Shown here: piece after piece, positions 60,027 through 64,000 of the stretch | How positions within the stretch are numbered: the first letter of the stretch is position 1 | How the letters are laid out: the number at the start of each line of letters is the position of its first letter | IMG/VR virus record: IMGVR_UViG_3300036771_000036 | Coordinates: 7,334-71,333 of that record | Origin: a virus | DNA length: 64,000 nucleotides | Reading direction: 5' to 3' (one strand) | Made by a program: the position numbers and the translations under genes | The notes under the pieces: generated by a model | What the model was told of the DNA's origin: nothing | The model's database searches: none | Seen by the model: only the letters and a program-made list of their open reading frames with translations

Positions 60027-60056
60027 TTGACAATAATGATAAAATAATAGTATTAT
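60027..60056 (+). promoter_or_regulatory. sigmaA promoter with the operator motif filling the spacer
   Basis: TTGACA-18nt-TATTAT; the spacer is AATAATGATAAAATAATAG. Confidence 0.65.
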
Positions 60057-60089
60057 GTAGAAAAGATAAGAAATGGGGAAAAGATAAAT

Positions 60090-60320
60090 ATGAGTATTCA
60101 ATTAGAAGAAACAACTACATATGAAGAAGCAGAATATGCAACATTCTCAGGCAAGTTTATGGAAACGCTCAATCTAACTGAAAATAAGCTTTACGAGTTA
60201 CATGCTAACAGTACGCATATTGGACTACCTGAAGACTACTATGTTCTTGATGATCTTGGTAGAGTTTCCTTTAGCAGTATCATACTTTCAAAATGTACTT
60301 TTTATAGAACTAAAGCCTAG
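60090..60320 (+). CDS. hypothetical protein
   Basis: 76-aa ORF behind the promoter at 60027-60056. Confidence 0.55.
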   Translation: MSIQLEETTTYEEAEYATFSGKFMETLNLTENKLYELHANSTHIGLPEDYYVLDDLGRVSFSSIILSKCTFYRTKA

Positions 60321-60390
60321 TACCATTTTGAATACTGTGGTGATACATTGATAGATAGTAGGATGTATCACCTAAAAAATATAAACTGAA

Positions 60391-60714
60391 ATGAGGATAC
60401 ATATGAAACCTTGGCAAATTATCTTAGCACATTTTTATCTCGATGACTCAAAACGCATCAATAGACAGCCAAAACATTTTAAAACTGAAGTCTTTGAGTA
60501 TGATGATAAAAATGAGGCAATACGGAACTACTTAGCAATTGTAAATGAATGGATGGATAAGTGCGAGGATAACTATAAAAATCATGGCATGGCAGCATGG
60601 AAAATGTATACTGAATCAGAAGAGGGAGACATCATGACTAATATTCTTTTACACTTCAACGGGGAAGAATACGATCAATTAACTGATAAAGAAATTGAGG
60701 AAGCAATGAAGTAA
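60391..60714 (+). CDS. hypothetical protein
   Basis: 107-aa ORF. Confidence 0.55.
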   Translation: MRIHMKPWQIILAHFYLDDSKRINRQPKHFKTEVFEYDDKNEAIRNYLAIVNEWMDKCEDNYKNHGMAAWKMYTESEEGDIMTNILLHFNGEEYDQLTDKEIEEAMK

Positions 60715-60960
60715 ATAACTTTTGTAGTTGGCGAGGAGGTGAGAAGAGTATTATAAAGGTAGTCTGTATTACTAGTTTTAAATGTAAAAATAATACTAAC
60801 GATTATATTGTGTAAAGACCGAGCGATGAAGAGATACATAGTTGATTATGAAGCTAAATAATGAGTTCGTACATATCAATACAAAACGGTGACTATGGGA
60901 CATCATGTCCTAGAGTGAAAGGTAGAAAGGTCGCTACCGTAATAGTAACGACCAGAGTGA

Positions 60961-61317
60961 CTACATTATCTCTACGTATTCTTGTTTCAGAGAATCTAAG
61001 AAAAATTCACAATCATATGGTGTAGGAGCAGTTTTATATTTGAATTCGAATCCGTCTGAAGTAGTCATTATACTTTCAGGCCAAGGAACATCAGCATACA
61101 TACGATTAATCACGTTGGCTTTAGCTGTGCCCATAAGGATTCTAGCAACACCATCTGGCGATGTACTTAGAATATAGTTCATGCTTGTATGGACAGTGCC
61201 TTTAGCTGTAAACACTGTACATTTCATTTGTGTAGCTAAAACAGAAAGATTGGCAGGGTAATGTATTACCTCACCTAGAACACCACCGTCTGCAATACTT
61301 AACTCTGTAACTTGCAT
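60961..61317 (-). CDS. hypothetical protein on the opposite strand
   Basis: AGGAGG RBS; hairpin GGTCGCTAC...GTAACGACC just past the stop. Confidence 0.7.
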   Translation of the reverse strand: MQVTELSIADGGVLGEVIHYPANLSVLATQMKCTVFTAKGTVHTSMNYILSTSPDGVARILMGTAKANVINRMYADVPWPESIMTTSDGFEFKYKTAPTPYDCEFFLDSLKQEYVEIM

Positions 61318-61487
61318 AGAATAATTCCTCCTAAGATATTATTTTGACTGTCTACCTACATTGTATACAGTATGGGGACAGATTATGACAAGCATTATTA
61401 AATTTTGATTTTTTTGATAGTAAAGTTTGACAGAGACAATATGAATCAGGGTGAGAGAACCTGACGATAAAAAAGGAGATTGATTTA

Positions 61488-61868
61488 ATGTCAAAAACTA
61501 TCGACACTGATTCGCTGTTCGAACTTGAATGGGGAATCGTAGGAGACAAATTAGCACAAGGCGTAGAAGGATTGGAGTGGTTAGTATTAAATAAAGTTGT
61601 TACTCAAACTGATCTAGATGGACTAAAGATGTGGCTTAAACGAGTTCAAGTAATGGATAAGTTAAATGTAGACATAGTAATGATGGATGCATTTATGAAA
61701 GACAGTGATGTTTTTTATGATACATACGGAATTAATTGGTGGATTAGTGTTGATGACTCTTTAACGTATCTTTCAGAATTACGAGATAAAGATTACGATA
61801 CATACTTTAAATTTATGCAAGATTATAAATACAAACTAAGTAATAAAGGAGATAGAAATATTGAATAA
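61488..61868 (+). CDS. hypothetical protein
   Basis: 126-aa ORF, AAGGAG RBS. Confidence 0.65.
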   Translation: MSKTIDTDSLFELEWGIVGDKLAQGVEGLEWLVLNKVVTQTDLDGLKMWLKRVQVMDKLNVDIVMMDAFMKDSDVFYDTYGINWWISVDDSLTYLSELRDKDYDTYFKFMQDYKYKLSNKGDRNIE

Positions 61869-62562
61869 GATTGACCAACTAGAAACGATTGAATACAAGG
61901 GTGTACGAGTGTTGATGTCCAGCCAACTAGCAGAGGTGTATGGAACAGATAAGAAAAAGATTCAGCAGAATTTTAATAATAATCAGGAACACTATATCCA
62001 AGAGAAACACTATTTTTTAGTAGTGGGAGAAGAATTGAGGCACTTAAAGCGCAAGTTCGAAAATTTCGAACTCGCCAGTAATATCAACAAACTTTACTTA
62101 TGGACTGTTAAAGGTGCTCGTATGCACGCAAAGTCACTTGGAACTGATGAAGCATGGGAGACCTACGAATCTCTGGTAGATGATTACTATGATACAAAAG
62201 AACAACTCGATGAACTAACACTAATGGCTCGAAAAAATGGATTTGTTACATTCTCACAATTCAATGAATCACGTTTTAGTATTGGACGAACAATTAAAAC
62301 ATTCCGCGATTGTGTTCCACGAGACTTGATTGGTGTTGCCGAAGACTTTTGCGATTACGTTGGTCAACTAGATGCAGATACAAGATTGAGCAGATGCAAA
62401 TCAGCCATCAAGGGATTACAAGAACGATACAATAAAACAGGTTACTCAGAAGCATATAGAATTATTGCTGACGTGATGCACATTCAACATGTCACACGGA
62501 TGCGTAGTCAAGGGCAATTACATAGAAGAGAAAAAGAACGCATGGTCAAGCAGTATGAGTAA
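61861..62562 (+). CDS. ORF6N-domain DNA-binding/antirepressor-like protein
   Basis: IEYKGVRVLMSSQLAEVYGT...LYLWTVKGARMHAKSLGTDEAW. Confidence 0.85.
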   Translation: MNKIDQLETIEYKGVRVLMSSQLAEVYGTDKKKIQQNFNNNQEHYIQEKHYFLVVGEELRHLKRKFENFELASNINKLYLWTVKGARMHAKSLGTDEAWETYESLVDDYYDTKEQLDELTLMARKNGFVTFSQFNESRFSIGRTIKTFRDCVPRDLIGVAEDFCDYVGQLDADTRLSRCKSAIKGLQERYNKTGYSEAYRIIADVMHIQHVTRMRSQGQLHRREKERMVKQYE

Positions 62563-62605
62563 CTATACATAAGAAAACCAAATTAAAAACAGGAGGAAGA
62601 AAAAG

Positions 62606-63430
62606 ATTAAGAATATTAAATTAGACAATGGTGCGAAGGTAAAAGTGTTCGAGAAGAAGGATTTGCGAAATAAGTTAGGATTCAGTGAACAAGAAATTAA
62701 GATTGTAATGAAATATCAGAAGGACTTTCCTGAACTCTTGCAGGATCATGAAGATGGGGCATTCATAATTGATAATCGGAAATTTTGGATTCAACTAGGA
62801 AAACCGAACAATCACTACAATCATTGGTCTGGACGTAAGGTTTTTAAGAAGAATTACATCAAAAATGTTGATTATCTCAATGTGGACAAAATTGTCCATA
62901 TTGAGAACACGAACATTAAACGAGAGCAAAAAGACACATACCTAACTGTTGAAACTGCTAAACATATTGCTCTATCCGAAAATACCGAAAAGGGAAGAGA
63001 AGTTCGTTCATATTTCATTCTGATCGAAAAGGCAATGCGTGACATGGACAAATGGATTTTGGTTCGGAACCCAGAAAAAGAGGGATACAAACAACTCTGC
63101 GAAGCAATCAATAGTAATTACAAACTCACTCACAATGGTAAAGAAGCGAATCCATTCATGTATAGCAACGAAGCCGATATAATTAACCAGTGTTTATTGG
63201 GAGCCAAGGCAAAGCAAATTAGAAAGTATTTAGAAATTGATGACGATAGTACACGAGATAATTTATCTACAATGGTCAATCAAGCAATTTATGAACTTCA
63301 ACTTATGGATATTGCACTGATCATGGGACAGATTGATCCTATGCAACGAAAAGTTACAATGCAAAGTGTATGTGATACTAGATACAAACACATTAGTTTG
63401 ATGGTTCAGCGGTTAGAGGTAGCTGTATGA
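62606..63430 (+). CDS. AntA/AntB antirepressor; possible ATT start
   Basis: YLTVETAKHIALSENTEKGREVRSYFILIEK; AGGAGG RBS fits ATT 62606 better than GTG 62645. Confidence 0.8.
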   Translation: MKNIKLDNGAKVKVFEKKDLRNKLGFSEQEIKIVMKYQKDFPELLQDHEDGAFIIDNRKFWIQLGKPNNHYNHWSGRKVFKKNYIKNVDYLNVDKIVHIENTNIKREQKDTYLTVETAKHIALSENTEKGREVRSYFILIEKAMRDMDKWILVRNPEKEGYKQLCEAINSNYKLTHNGKEANPFMYSNEADIINQCLLGAKAKQIRKYLEIDDDSTRDNLSTMVNQAIYELQLMDIALIMGQIDPMQRKVTMQSVCDTRYKHISLMVQRLEVAV

Positions 63431-63693
63431 GTGGCGTAGAAAGTAAATACATAGAAGATGTTGAAGCGTTTAATTCAAAAAAAATGGAACAGTTAATCAT
63501 ACAATCTTTAGATAACTACCCTCCACTTCTAGATGTTAAGGATATATCGAGTGTACTACGTATAGGCGAAAATGCTGCATATGAAGTCCTTAATTCAGGA
63601 GAAATTCCTACCATAAAAGTCGGTAGAAAGAGTATGATTCCAAAGCCATACATGGGTAAATACATTTATGAGTCCACTTGCAATCCAAAATAA
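63427..63693 (+). CDS. excisionase-like HTH protein
   Basis: YPPLLDVKDISSVLRIGENAAYEVLNSGEIPTIKVGRKSMIPK; last phage gene. Confidence 0.8.
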   Translation: MSGVESKYIEDVEAFNSKKMEQLIIQSLDNYPPLLDVKDISSVLRIGENAAYEVLNSGEIPTIKVGRKSMIPKPYMGKYIYESTCNPK

Positions 63694-63706
63694 AAAATGT
63701 ATAATT

Positions 63707-63752
63707 ATGAACATGCGAAGAAGAACAACACATTGCGCATGTTCATTTTTTT
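63707..63752 (+). terminator. intrinsic terminator
   Basis: ATGAACATGCG...CGCATGTTCAT followed by a T-run. Confidence 0.7.
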
Positions 63753-63758
63753 GTATTT

Positions 63759-63780
63759 ACGGTGGTCACACGGTGGTCAC
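63759..63780 (+). repeat. tandem 11-bp repeat ACGGTGGTCAC x2, candidate integrase arm-binding sites
   Basis: Perfect tandem repeat between the excisionase and the prophage end. Confidence 0.65.
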
Positions 63781-63901
63781 AAAACATAAAAAATGAGCCA
63801 AGAATACTTAAAACTAAATAAGATCAATTAGGAAATTAGACGCAAAAAACCTTGATACAATAAGGTTTTCTAAGGCTAGTTAAGACTAATTGAAAAGTTT
63901 T

Positions 63902-64000
63902 TTCTTATCAAGAGTAGGTGGAGGGACTGGCCCGATGAAACCCGGCAACCGGCGGTATACCGCACGGTGCTAATTCTTGCAGCGACCAAGTGTCCAAGTT
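63902..64000 (+). ncRNA. SAM-I (S-box) riboswitch, 3' truncated by the window
   Basis: CTTATCAAGAG..GGTGGAGGGACTGGCCCGATGAAACCCGGCAACC...GGTGCTAATTC..GCAG. Confidence 0.92.

Larger units (their letters stand above)
1..63900 (+). mobile_element. SPbeta-like temperate prophage (left part outside the window, probable right end near 63900)
   Basis: Contiguous YonO-like RNAP, terminase-portal-capsid-tail-lysis genes, antirepressors, excisionase, then arm-type repeats and a GC-richer host-like riboswitch. Confidence 0.92.

Overview
The window is almost entirely one AT-rich temperate prophage of a Bacillales host (Paenibacillus-like by gene content), related in organisation to Bacillus phage SPbeta. 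It runs from a 5'-truncated tyrosine recombinase, through a Rep-like gene with 22-bp iterons and a YonO-type single-subunit RNA polymerase, a tRNA-Ser and a type I TA locus. The complete late operon follows: terminase, portal, capsid, tail tube, 2267-aa tape measure with NlpC/P60, hub/spike, baseplate, an array of discoidin-like fibres, holin and amidase. Antirepressor and excisionase genes then lead to a probable right attachment end abutting a SAM-I riboswitch. The most unusual signals are: (1) two clusters of short ORFs that look like strings of toxin-neutralising antitoxin fragments with no DNA-binding domains or cognate toxins; (2) two glycosyltransferases coupled into the tail operon; (3) a distal tail protein split into two genes around an inserted fibre gene; (4) a PAAR-like tip protein although no sheath gene is recognisable; (5) a cassette-like array of receptor-binding proteins with a shared C-terminal tag; (6) repeated apparent ATT start codons; (7) an orphan MazF behind a LexA box. 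All family assignments come from motif recognition and recalled SPbeta synteny, not from database searches.
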